A stretch of DNA of 64,000 nt from Candidatus Nanoarchaeia archaeon. Lineage in GTDB: Archaea > Nanobdellota > Nanobdellia > Pacearchaeales > GW2011-AR1. A program made the translations under genes and the position numbers. The stretch is taken from NCBI GenBank assembly GCA_028713045.1, contig JAQTOY010000002.1, positions 60-64,059 of the forward strand, written 5' to 3'. This document shows positions 44,154 to 53,326 of the stretch, in pieces (the first letter of the stretch is position 1; each line of letters opens with the position of its first letter). The notes below the pieces were generated by a model. It ran no database searches. It was not told the origin of the DNA and saw only the letters and a program-made list of their open reading frames with translations.

Positions 44154-47100
44154 CTATTTCTTCCCATTGACAATCGGTTCAGTATCTTTTTTAGAAGTGT
44201 CCTTTGTACCCTTTGTTAGATAACTGACACTTTTGTCTTCCTTTGGCTTCTTGTCTGTCAATGGTCCAGTAACCTCAACCATGAGTCCAGGAAGTCCTGT
44301 TCCAACAGGAGCTGGCTGATTGAGTATTATATTTTCAATCACTGAATCTAATTCATCCTTGTTTTCTTTCAAAGTTGCATTAACAAAATGTTTGACCGGA
44401 GTTTCAAAACTTGCTCTTGCAAGTATTGATGATTTCTGTGATATTATACCCATTCTCGTTATTCCCTTTACAATTCCTTCAGAAGTCATTGAGTCTGCAA
44501 TTAATCTCGAATGTCTTTTATCAATATCCAACCCCTGGGAATTTATAACTTTTTCAATCTCTTTCATTATTGCTGCTCTTGCAACCTCAACACCAAAAAT
44601 ATCGCATATCTCATGCAAATCATTGCTGATTGTTCTTGTTCTATCAACCCCTTTAAAATTAATTATATCTTTAAGATTTGTTCCTGCAGTCAATATTACA
44701 TATCCTTCTTCTCTTTTAACAACAAGTATTTGTTCAATTCCTTTTATTCCAGAAATTTGAGTTTCCTTTATTTTCTCTTTTAGTTTGTAAATCTCCTTAA
44801 AATTCATGTCTTTAGTACTTATTGTTATAGAATTTCCAGAAGCCTTGCAATTAGATTCTATCTTTCCACTCTCATTTAATTTTTTAACAATAGTTTCAAC
44901 TGAAGAATGGACTCTTTTGACTGCGTCGCTGTCGATAAGCGCTTCAATTCTTTTGTCAGAAAAATTTATTTTTATTTCTTTTATTATATCTTTTAGTTTA
45001 ATTTCCTGAATTTTTTCAGCGATTACTTTTGCATCTTTTTCGTTGTTATATTCTTTTTCCAAATAAATCTCCATTGCAGGTGTTGAAGGTGTTCTTCTAG
45101 CATCAAATATTTCTATGAGTCTTGGAAGTCCTAATGTAACCTGCATCTCAGCAACTCCTGCAAAGTGGAATGTTGAAAGTGCCATCTGTGTTGAAGGTTC
45201 TCCAAAAGATTGAGCAGTTACAATTCCGATCGCTTCTCCAGGAGAAATGTCTTTATCTTTATGCAATTCTGAAACATCTTTTCCATCTTCTCCATATTTG
45301 AACTGGATTATATTTTCAGAGCCATCTCTGACAGTATGGTCATATTCAACTTTAATATCCTGCAATGCATTTGCGAGTCTTCTGTAAAGATATCCTGATT
45401 TTGGAGTTCGGAGTGCAGTATCCATCAGCGCATCTCTTCCAGTTATCGCTCCAAAAAAGAATTCGCAAGGCTCTAGTCCTTTTAAGAATGAACTATAAAT
45501 GAATCCTCTTGATTTAGGAGATAAGTCTCCTTCCTTAAAAAAAGAAAGTGTTCTGTTGGTGAATCCAATTCCAATTCTCTTTGACCATAACGCCTGCTGT
45601 CCAACACAACATGCCATTTGGGTTATATTAAGAACATTTCCTCCAGCTCCAGAATCTATCATTATGCTTACGGGGCTGCTTTTAGAGACTTCTTTTCCTA
45701 CAATTTTTCCAATTTTTGTTCTTATTCCATTTAATGTCTGCAATATTTTGATTTCTCTTGTTTCCTCTGCAGTTTTTCCAGGTATAATCTCCAGTTCTCC
45801 AGTTCTGTAGCTTTCTATTATATTGCCAGTTTCTTTTTCAGCTTCGGCAACTATCTCTGCAGTCGAGCTCTTGACTTTATCGTTTACATTCAAATCATCC
45901 ACCGATATAGTGAATCCATGATTGGTTAGAAATTGAACTCCCATTGTAAATGCATTTTCCAAAACCTTTATTGTTTTTTTCCTTCCAGTATCTTTATCAA
46001 GATGCTTCAAAAGATTTCCACTTTCAACTGCAAATACATTTTCATCAACCACGCCTTCTTCAATCTGCCCGTTCTTGACTACAAAATTATCTCCGATTTT
46101 TGTTTTACTTTTATAATCTGTATCTGGTATTATTTTTGATATTATCTCATTTCCATTTAGAATATTCTTTGAGAGCTTAGTGTTTATTCCAGATTGGTAT
46201 AATAATTGAAATGCATCTGCCTTTGAAACATTTGATTTGCTTAAAATAAAATTTCCAGTGACTGCATCCTGGGTGCATCCCAAAAGATTGCTGTTGTCTT
46301 TGCATGACATTAAGTTTCTGTTGACGTCCATTAATATTTTTGCTTCTGCTCTTGCTTCTTCTGTCTGAGGAACATGAATATTCATTTCATCTCCATCAAA
46401 ATCCGCATTGTAAGGTGGAGCAGTAGCCGGATGTATCCTGAATGTTTTATAGGGAAGGACTTTTACAAAATGCGCCATTATACTGGCTTTATGCAGGCTC
46501 GGATGTCTATTGAATAAAACAACGTCTCCATCAATCAATTGTCTTTCAACAACATAACCAGGCACTAATTCATCCAATATTTCTTGTTTTAAATCCGAAG
46601 TTATTTTCTTTCTTCTTCCATCAGGCCTTATGATATAATTTGCAGTAGGATATTTTTCATTTAAAATTATTTTCTTTAATTTTTCCATATTTGAAGAATT
46701 AACCTTTTCATTTACAGTCAAGATTTCTGCAATCTCAAATGGAATTCCTACTTCATTTAATTTCAATGCAGGATCAGGAGAGATTACTGTTCTTGATGAA
46801 AAATTGACTCTTTTTCCTGCAAGATTATGTCTGATTCTACCTTCTTTTCCTTTTATTCTTTCAGTTATTGTTTTTAACGGCTGTCCGCTTCTATGTCTAG
46901 CCGGAGGAATTTTTGTTATTGAATTATCAAAAAAAGTTGTTACATGATACTGCAACAAATCCCACAAATCTTCTATAATAACCTCTGGAGCTCCGGCATT
47001 CAGGTTTTCCCATAATCTCTGGTTTGCTCTTATGATATCAGAAAGTTTGTGAGTCAAATCATCTTCGCTTCTTTCTCCGGATTCTAAAGTTATTGAAGGT

Positions 47101-47708
47101 CTTACTGTTACAGGAGGAACCAATAATAAGGTAAGCACAGACCATTCTGGTCTGAAAATTTTTGGATTTATTCCAGCAAGTTTTGCTTCATCGTCAGGAA
47201 TTCTTGCAAGTTTTTCTCTTATCTCTCCAGGAAATAATCTTCTTTTTCCTATTCTAAATGTAGATGGTTTTTCTAATTTTATTCTTTCTTGTTCGGCATG
47301 ACAGTAAGGACATATTTTTGCATCTTTTGCTCTTTTTATCCGGTCTTTAACTGCCTTGTATTTTATCATGTCTTTTTCTTTTATCATAAATCTATGGCAT
47401 TCAGAGCAAAAGCATCTTAAGAATAATTCAACAACCGGAACATATTTTATATGAAAAATAGGTCTTGCAAGTTCAATACATCCGGGATGTCCCAAACATT
47501 CTTTTAATCTGCCTCCGCAGGTCCTGCACCTTACTCCCGGATCAATTGCCCCTAATCTTAAGTCCATTAATCCTCCATCAACAGGATATCCATCAACATC
47601 ATAAAGTTCAGGAGTTATTATTTTTGCCTTTGATATTTTTTTAATCTCGTCCGGACTAAGAAGAGAAAATTGCAAACTCTCAACTTGTTTTCGTACTGGT
47701 TTTACCAT
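44154..47708 (-). CDS. rpoA: DNA-directed RNA polymerase subunit A, unsplit (A' and A'' regions in one 1184-aa ORF)
   Basis: N-terminal zinc motifs. Catalytic NADFDGDEMN. Trigger-loop block GEPSTQMALSTFHFAG lies in the same frame, with no stop between the A' and A'' regions. Confidence 0.95.
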   Translation of the reverse strand: MVKPVRKQVESLQFSLLSPDEIKKISKAKIITPELYDVDGYPVDGGLMDLRLGAIDPGVRCRTCGGRLKECLGHPGCIELARPIFHIKYVPVVELFLRCFCSECHRFMIKEKDMIKYKAVKDRIKRAKDAKICPYCHAEQERIKLEKPSTFRIGKRRLFPGEIREKLARIPDDEAKLAGINPKIFRPEWSVLTLLLVPPVTVRPSITLESGERSEDDLTHKLSDIIRANQRLWENLNAGAPEVIIEDLWDLLQYHVTTFFDNSITKIPPARHRSGQPLKTITERIKGKEGRIRHNLAGKRVNFSSRTVISPDPALKLNEVGIPFEIAEILTVNEKVNSSNMEKLKKIILNEKYPTANYIIRPDGRRKKITSDLKQEILDELVPGYVVERQLIDGDVVLFNRHPSLHKASIMAHFVKVLPYKTFRIHPATAPPYNADFDGDEMNIHVPQTEEARAEAKILMDVNRNLMSCKDNSNLLGCTQDAVTGNFILSKSNVSKADAFQLLYQSGINTKLSKNILNGNEIISKIIPDTDYKSKTKIGDNFVVKNGQIEEGVVDENVFAVESGNLLKHLDKDTGRKKTIKVLENAFTMGVQFLTNHGFTISVDDLNVNDKVKSSTAEIVAEAEKETGNIIESYRTGELEIIPGKTAEETREIKILQTLNGIRTKIGKIVGKEVSKSSPVSIMIDSGAGGNVLNITQMACCVGQQALWSKRIGIGFTNRTLSFFKEGDLSPKSRGFIYSSFLKGLEPCEFFFGAITGRDALMDTALRTPKSGYLYRRLANALQDIKVEYDHTVRDGSENIIQFKYGEDGKDVSELHKDKDISPGEAIGIVTAQSFGEPSTQMALSTFHFAGVAEMQVTLGLPRLIEIFDARRTPSTPAMEIYLEKEYNNEKDAKVIAEKIQEIKLKDIIKEIKINFSDKRIEALIDSDAVKRVHSSVETIVKKLNESGKIESNCKASGNSITISTKDMNFKEIYKLKEKIKETQISGIKGIEQILVVKREEGYVILTAGTNLKDIINFKGVDRTRTISNDLHEICDIFGVEVARAAIMKEIEKVINSQGLDIDKRHSRLIADSMTSEGIVKGITRMGIISQKSSILARASFETPVKHFVNATLKENKDELDSVIENIILNQPAPVGTGLPGLMVEVTGPLTDKKPKEDKSVSYLTKGTKDTSKKDTEPIVNGKK

Positions 47709-47713
47709 TTTAA

Positions 47714-47932
47714 TTAAGCACCATTTGGAAAATCCCGGCTATAATTTATATCTACAGCATCATAACAGTTTAAGTAACCTTGAGGATATCTGCATCTTTC
47801 GCCTGTTTGTTTAAACCTGTAGCCACATGCTTCAAACATTTCGCATAAGGGATGTTTAGTTTGAGTCATATCTACTGGAGTTCTAACTGGCTCACCAATA
47901 CCTTCATCAGTAATCAAAAAAAGTTGTACCAT
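47714..47932 (-). CDS. Cys4 mini-protein (72 aa), paralogous module to 47934..48212
   Basis: C30-x5-C36-x10-C47-x8-C56. This matches the spacing and several flanking residues of the adjacent ORF. Confidence 0.6.
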   Translation of the reverse strand: MVQLFLITDEGIGEPVRTPVDMTQTKHPLCEMFEACGYRFKQTGERCRYPQGYLNCYDAVDINYSRDFPNGA

Positions 47933-47933
47933 T

Positions 47934-48212
47934 TTATTTTTCTCCCTCTTCAGAGCTAGGTGTATAAGTTGTTAAATCAATGCCAGAATCATTAATAACA
48001 GTCAATTCTATGCCGGATTCAGGTAGTGATTCTCTATCTTCTGCGGTTTCTAAATTATCACATCCAACATATCCGACTGTACTTCTGCAACCAGTATAAG
48101 TACGTTTATTTCCGTACAAACATACATTTGCCATCTGACAGACTATTGCTGTTCTAGATTTAGTATTTGTGCCATCCATTCCAAATTTTTCTCCAGATAT
48201 TGAAACTGCCAT
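47934..48212 (-). CDS. Cys4 mini-protein (92 aa)
   Basis: C25-x5-C31-x10-C42-x8-C51. Starts 1 nt after the rpoB stop codon. Confidence 0.6.
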   Translation of the reverse strand: MAVSISGEKFGMDGTNTKSRTAIVCQMANVCLYGNKRTYTGCRSTVGYVGCDNLETAEDRESLPESGIELTVINDSGIDLTTYTPSSEEGEK

Positions 48213-48213
48213 C

Positions 48214-51200
48214 TTATTCGTATTTATTTTTTAGATTAAATTTAGTTCTAATATGAAGAGATTGTATCTCATCAACCAATAATTTGAATGCATAGGATAC
48301 TTCAACAGGTTCAATTTCCTGCGAGTTGCACATTGAACAGATTAGTTTATTTCTCAATGTGTCTTCAATTGCAACTGAACCGCATTTTGAACAAATATGC
48401 AAAATGACCTTATCTGAATCATATCTTTCTTTTAGCAATAGAGAAGCTCCATGAGCCACCAATGCCTGTTGCTCCATTTCTCCCAATCTTAATGCTCCGC
48501 CTTTTGCTCTTCCTTCAATTGGCTGTCTTGTCAATAATGTAACTTTTCCTGATGCACGAGCATGAAGTTTATTCGCAACCATGTATTTTAATTTCAAATA
48601 ATACATATCTCCAACATAAATTTTAAGGTTCATCATCCTTCCAGTTATTCCATTATAAACAGTTTCTTTTCCATCTTCTCTGAATCCTAATTCTTTAAGT
48701 TGTTCTTCCAAATCCTCAATTTTTTGTCCAGAGAATCCAGTTCCATCAATTATTTTTCCATTTAAACATCCAACCTTTCCAGCCAATAACTCTACAAGAT
48801 AACCGACGCTCATTCTTCCAGGGATTGAATGTGGATTGAATATTATATCGGGCCTGATTCCTCTTGAAGTGAAAGGAACATCATTCTCAGGAATTATTGC
48901 TCCAACAACTCCTTTCTGTCCATGAGGAGTTGCAAATTTATCTCCTAATTCCGGTTTTCTCAAATCTCTTGTCTTGACTCTTATCACCTTATTTCCTTGT
49001 CCATCTTCTGTAATGAAAACAGATTCAACTGTTCCTTCTTCCTCTTGCCTTATTACTGAGCTTGATTCATTCTTTGCTTTGACAGAAATTTCTCTTACTT
49101 CTGAAAGGAATTTGGGAGGAGAAATTTTTCCAATGACAACTTCTCCAGATCTCATTGCAGCTTCTGGAAAAACAATTCCATCATCTTCTAGATATTTGTA
49201 GCTTTCTTCTGTCCTGTAACCAGAAACATCTTTTTCAGGAATGCATACTTCATCCTTTAATCCTCCGGCATAATTAAGTTCAACCGAAGTGTAGGGCCGG
49301 TAATATGTGCTTCTTGCAAATCCCCTGTCAACGCTTCCTTTATTTAGAATCAACGCATCTTCCATATTATATCCATCATGTGTCAAAACAGCAACGACAA
49401 CATTTTGTCCTGCCGGATGAACATTCAATGTGTCATAAACAAAACTTCTTACAATTGGTTTTTGAGGATAATGCAAGATATTGACATCAGTGTCAATTCT
49501 GCATAGAAAATTTGCAGCATAAAGCCCAAGGGCCTGTTTGTAGCTTTTGCTTCCCTTTATCAGTTTAGCGCAGGAATTATAATTAATGTAAGGGACGAGT
49601 GATGTAACAACTCCTAATAAATCTATTCTGTCAATCTGCAGATGAGTATGTTCATCTGTTATTTCTTTTTCATCCAAGGCAACAAGAGAATTTTCCTCTT
49701 CGGCAGTATCCAGATATTCAATAACTCCATTTTTAAGCAAGTCATTCCAGTTTATGCTTCCATTTCTAAGTGCATTAATATGATCTGCGTTTAATCTTGA
49801 TTTTCCATTCTCAGCAACAATCAAAGGCCTCATAATTCTTCCGACTTCTGTTGAAAGAATAACATTATCGAGAGATTTGTTATATCTTATGCTCAATTCA
49901 ATCGGTAATTCGCCTCTCCTTCTTTTTTCTTTCAAATCTTTTATTAATCTCTCGCAATTATCCGTATTTCCTATGAATCTTCCATTTAGGAAAATATCAT
50001 TCCCATTTCCTTCAACTTCTCTTTTAACACCTAAATTGGCCAAGATTTTAATCAGTTTTTCATCATCAATATCCGCCCTTGTTGAGATTTTTGTCAGGAT
50101 TGCAAGATTTTTTCTTAATCCTATCTCAGTACCTTCAGGAGTTTCAACTGGACAGAACCTTCCATAATGTGTTGGATGAAGGGTTCTTGCAAGAAAATTT
50201 TCCTGTTCGCCAGGAAGCATTGATGAGACTCTCTGCAATTGTGAAAGAATAGCGAGATAATTTGTCTTGTCCATGTTCTGCGTAACTCCAGTTCTTTCTC
50301 CAATCCAGTTACCTGTTGCAATAGCGCTTTCAACCCTATGTGTGAATAATGTTGATTTAGCAATTGTCTTTATTGAATAGAATTTTTTTCTTTTTTGGAT
50401 TTTCTGCAAAGAATGGACTATATCTCTCAAAAATATATTCATGTTTATTCTGAATAAATCTGCCAATAAATCTCCAGACATTCTCACTCTTTTATTTGCA
50501 TAATGGTCTTTATCAGTTAAATTCTCAGGATTTTCTTTTGCAATAAAAAATTGTTTTATGAACTTACAGAGAGTTATGGCCTTTTCAATTCTATGCTCTT
50601 TTTTTAATCCAATATGAGGGAGAAAATATGAATCAAGTCTTTGTTTTATCCTATCTAGAATCTCTTTTTTTGTTCCTTGAAGGGAAGTATGTTCTGCAAT
50701 AGCCATCATGGCATCTTCCTCATTTTTTATTGCAGTGTATTCGTAGAGATTGACTATCAGGCTATCATTCTCTTTTCCAATGTATTTTGCAATCTCACTT
50801 TCTTTTGTTAGTCCAAGAGCTTTTAATATTATTATGATGGGAATGTTCTTGAATCTTGAAAAACTGACTTCAACAATACCTTCATTTGTGTCTGTTATTG
50901 AGATTGGAATCCTGTAGCTACCTCTTTTTGAAAATAATCTGAGCATAAGCTTGCCTCTTGATTTTTCAATAAAGGGCTGATTTTCCGCCAAATCTTCTGT
51001 CATTACAATTATTCTTTCATTTCCATTTATTATAAAATATCCTCCAGGCTCTAGAGGGTCTATGTACTCTTTTATCAATTCTTCTTTATTCATATTTGAA
51101 AGATTGCAAACCTCGCTCTTTACAATAATAGGTATTTTTCCGATTTCAACTTCCTGACTTTCTATCTGTCCGCCTTGTTTTATTGTTATTTCAACATTTA

Positions 51201-51489
51201 ACGGAGCAGCATAGGTCAATCCTCTTATTCTTGCTTCGGTAGGGGTTATCAAATGAGAGCTTCCATCCGCCTCAACTATTTGAGGTCTTTCAATTTTTAT
51301 TTTTCCAAGTTTGATTTCAATATCTTCTTCAGGAGAAAGGCTATCATTTAGTTCCTCAATTATTTCCTGCATTCTGAAGTTTATGAAATTGTTAAAAGAA
51401 GTAATATTTGACTCAACGAGGCTGTGCTCCTCTAGATATTTTTTAACTAGCAGGTGCTCTTCTTTCTGTTGCTGTTTTTCAATGTTCAT
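48214..51489 (-). CDS. rpoB: DNA-directed RNA polymerase subunit B (unsplit)
   Basis: 1091 aa with conserved blocks including GDKFATPHGQKGV and GEMEQQALVAHGA, and a C-terminal zinc motif CSKCG...CSMC. Confidence 0.95.
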   Translation of the reverse strand: MNIEKQQQKEEHLLVKKYLEEHSLVESNITSFNNFINFRMQEIIEELNDSLSPEEDIEIKLGKIKIERPQIVEADGSSHLITPTEARIRGLTYAAPLNVEITIKQGGQIESQEVEIGKIPIIVKSEVCNLSNMNKEELIKEYIDPLEPGGYFIINGNERIIVMTEDLAENQPFIEKSRGKLMLRLFSKRGSYRIPISITDTNEGIVEVSFSRFKNIPIIIILKALGLTKESEIAKYIGKENDSLIVNLYEYTAIKNEEDAMMAIAEHTSLQGTKKEILDRIKQRLDSYFLPHIGLKKEHRIEKAITLCKFIKQFFIAKENPENLTDKDHYANKRVRMSGDLLADLFRINMNIFLRDIVHSLQKIQKRKKFYSIKTIAKSTLFTHRVESAIATGNWIGERTGVTQNMDKTNYLAILSQLQRVSSMLPGEQENFLARTLHPTHYGRFCPVETPEGTEIGLRKNLAILTKISTRADIDDEKLIKILANLGVKREVEGNGNDIFLNGRFIGNTDNCERLIKDLKEKRRRGELPIELSIRYNKSLDNVILSTEVGRIMRPLIVAENGKSRLNADHINALRNGSINWNDLLKNGVIEYLDTAEEENSLVALDEKEITDEHTHLQIDRIDLLGVVTSLVPYINYNSCAKLIKGSKSYKQALGLYAANFLCRIDTDVNILHYPQKPIVRSFVYDTLNVHPAGQNVVVAVLTHDGYNMEDALILNKGSVDRGFARSTYYRPYTSVELNYAGGLKDEVCIPEKDVSGYRTEESYKYLEDDGIVFPEAAMRSGEVVIGKISPPKFLSEVREISVKAKNESSSVIRQEEEGTVESVFITEDGQGNKVIRVKTRDLRKPELGDKFATPHGQKGVVGAIIPENDVPFTSRGIRPDIIFNPHSIPGRMSVGYLVELLAGKVGCLNGKIIDGTGFSGQKIEDLEEQLKELGFREDGKETVYNGITGRMMNLKIYVGDMYYLKLKYMVANKLHARASGKVTLLTRQPIEGRAKGGALRLGEMEQQALVAHGASLLLKERYDSDKVILHICSKCGSVAIEDTLRNKLICSMCNSQEIEPVEVSYAFKLLVDEIQSLHIRTKFNLKNKYE

Positions 51490-51626
51490 TTTTGTGTTTT
51501 TGATGAAACTTTTTCTAAAAACTTCAAATCTTGTGATTTGAATGTTCCTGAGATTTTTAATCTCTGAAGTTTCGTTTTACAAACTTTTCAGTTTGCAATA
51601 TAGTTATTTTTATGACTCAAATTAAA

Positions 51627-51836
51627 TTATACTGAAACAACCCTGAAATAAAAACCCTTTTTTCCGTCAGAAGTTCTTTCTATTCTTATTACATCTCCAA
51701 TCTCACATCCTTCTGGCAAAGCCGGATCAGTTATTTTAATTTTTGGCAATTGTGATAAAGAAATATTATATTCTGCAAGAAGTTTATCAGTTTCTTCTGC
51801 TTTTAGTTTGATGTGCTTTGGTTGTAATAGGTGCAT
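51627..51836 (-). CDS. rpoH: DNA-directed RNA polymerase subunit H (Rpb5 C-terminal domain)
   Basis: KHIKLKAEETDKLLAEYNISLSQLPKIKITDPA...GDVIRIERTS....YFRVV. Confidence 0.85.
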   Translation of the reverse strand: MHLLQPKHIKLKAEETDKLLAEYNISLSQLPKIKITDPALPEGCEIGDVIRIERTSDGKKGFYFRVVSV

Positions 51837-52092
51837 CTTGATTCTCCGGTAAATTCAGATAATTCTATCTGCCTTCAAAATGTAAATTTTGAATGGTACC
51901 GAGAATTTTTTTTAAGGAAAATTCTCTGTAAGATAATTACCTTTATGGTCGTACGATTATAATTAAACCTTAATCTTGGTTTATAAATCTTTCGTTTTTA
52001 CAATTATTGAATTTATAAGCTTTTTGGTTTTTAAACCAAAAAATTGCATAGAAACCGAATATCTAATAATAGACCGCTTCAAAAATTATTTT

Positions 52093-52443
52093 TTATTCAA
52101 ATTTTAATCCTTGAAGTCTTGCTTCAAGTTTTTTTTCTTCTGTGAAATCTTGATATCTCACATGACGTTGAGTATCAACATAAACACTTGCAACATCAAT
52201 TTTTCTACTGGTAAGAGTTTCATAAACGGTTAGAATTGCTAAAGTTCTTTCATCTCTAGGCGCTCTAGTATAATCTTCAACACCAGATATTCCATAAGGA
52301 GGTGTCAATCTTCTTTGTAATTCTTCAAGCAATCTTCTAACTCTTGAATCAAATTGAGAAGGATCAAGAGGACCTTTATTTTCTCTTAAATCCCAATATC
52401 TCCATCCATTTTCTTGAAACAATAATTGCAATTCTTCATTCAT
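52093..52443 (-). CDS. hypothetical protein (orphan class), 116 aa
   Basis: Intact ORF. No motif recognised. Confidence 0.5.
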   Translation of the reverse strand: MNEELQLLFQENGWRYWDLRENKGPLDPSQFDSRVRRLLEELQRRLTPPYGISGVEDYTRAPRDERTLAILTVYETLTSRKIDVASVYVDTQRHVRYQDFTEEKKLEARLQGLKFE

Positions 52444-52499
52444 CCGTTAATAGAATAAAATTAATTTTTAAATTTAATTGTCTGGAAGAATATATTTTT

Positions 52500-52640
52500 A
52501 TGGGGACGAGTGTTCGCACTTTCAATTCTTATTTAATATTGTTTTGTAAATTGAAAATGCTCAGGATTTGAGACCTCTTGCATTCGCAAGAACAATAAGC
52601 GGATTGACTTGTCCTAATCCCCTCGCATATAAAAGAAAGT
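52500..52640 (-). pseudogene. decayed tRNA-Lys-like copy with a ~52-nt hairpin insert between the T-arm remnant and an intact 3' acceptor end
   Basis: ATGGGGACGAG at 52500-52510 is identical to the tRNA-Lys 3' end (52661-52671). GGATTTGAGACC and CTTGC-ATTC-GCAAG mirror the T loop and anticodon stem of the functional gene. The sequence cannot be folded into a cloverleaf. Confidence 0.5.
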
Positions 52641-52661
52641 ATTGCAAAGCAATACTTTATA

Positions 52662-52736
52662 TGGGGACGAGGGGATTTGAACCCCTGACACCTTGCTTAA
52701 AAGGCAAGTACTCTAACCGGGCTGAGCTACGCCCCC
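52662..52736 (-). tRNA. tRNA-Lys (anticodon UUU)
   Basis: Hand-folded on the minus strand. Acceptor GGGGGCG/CGTCCCC, anticodon arm CTTGC-CTTTTAA-GCAAG, T arm AGGGG-TTCAAAT-CCCCT. 75 nt, no encoded CCA. Confidence 0.9.
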
Positions 52737-52849
52737 ATGCTAGAACTATCTAGCAATTAATTACAAAACTGGAAGTAATTAATAATTTCATTAAAAGAAT
52801 TTAGTTTAAAAATCTTATCTATAAATCGCTTTCATAAAAAGTCTATTTT

Positions 52850-53182
52850 TTACTCCAGACATTTCCGGATTTTCTCTTCAACAACCTCTATGGACTGCGC
52901 ACCAATTATTCGGTTTATTTCCTTTCCCTCTTTGAAAATAATAAGGCAGGGCATTGTTGAAATATTGTGTTTCTCTGCAATCTCCTGATTATCCTCAATA
53001 TTAATCTTGACGAATCTGACATCCTTCATCTGCTCAGCCAAATCTTCAATGACTGGAAAGAACATAAGGCAGGGCATATGCCATTCAGCAAAAAAATTAA
53101 CCACAATTAATTTATCAGAATTAGTTATAACTTTATAGAATTCTTCTGCACTAATTTCAAGTTCTGGATAGTTCTCTGCCAT
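52850..53182 (-). CDS. thioredoxin-fold protein with a non-canonical WHMPC active-site motif
   Basis: FFAEWHMPCLMFFPVIEDL in place of WCGPC. The cis-Pro region ISTMPCLIIFKEG is conserved. Confidence 0.8.
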   Translation of the reverse strand: MAENYPELEISAEEFYKVITNSDKLIVVNFFAEWHMPCLMFFPVIEDLAEQMKDVRFVKINIEDNQEIAEKHNISTMPCLIIFKEGKEINRIIGAQSIEVVEEKIRKCLE

Positions 53183-53326
53183 TTTAAAACATCTCTCTTA
53201 TTGGTTAATATAGGCATGAAATCTATAAAAACTCATCATTAATAAAGCTTTCTTATCTGATTTTCATTGAGTTTTGAGATTTTTTTACATATAAATCTTT
53301 AAAAATCATTTTTAATTACAGATAAA

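Noticed and set aside
44320-44760. Long antisense ORFs inside rpoA, rpoB, nrdJ, EF-2, EF-1alpha, SMC and iscS (for example 44320..44760, 45499..45810, 49877..50167, 55248..55538, 33100..33372, 17190..17402, 62809..63033)
   Set aside because: Each lies fully within, and antisense to, a confidently identified conserved gene. Their F/I/L/S-rich low-complexity translations are the expected mirror image of K/E/N-rich coding sequence in an A/T-rich genome.
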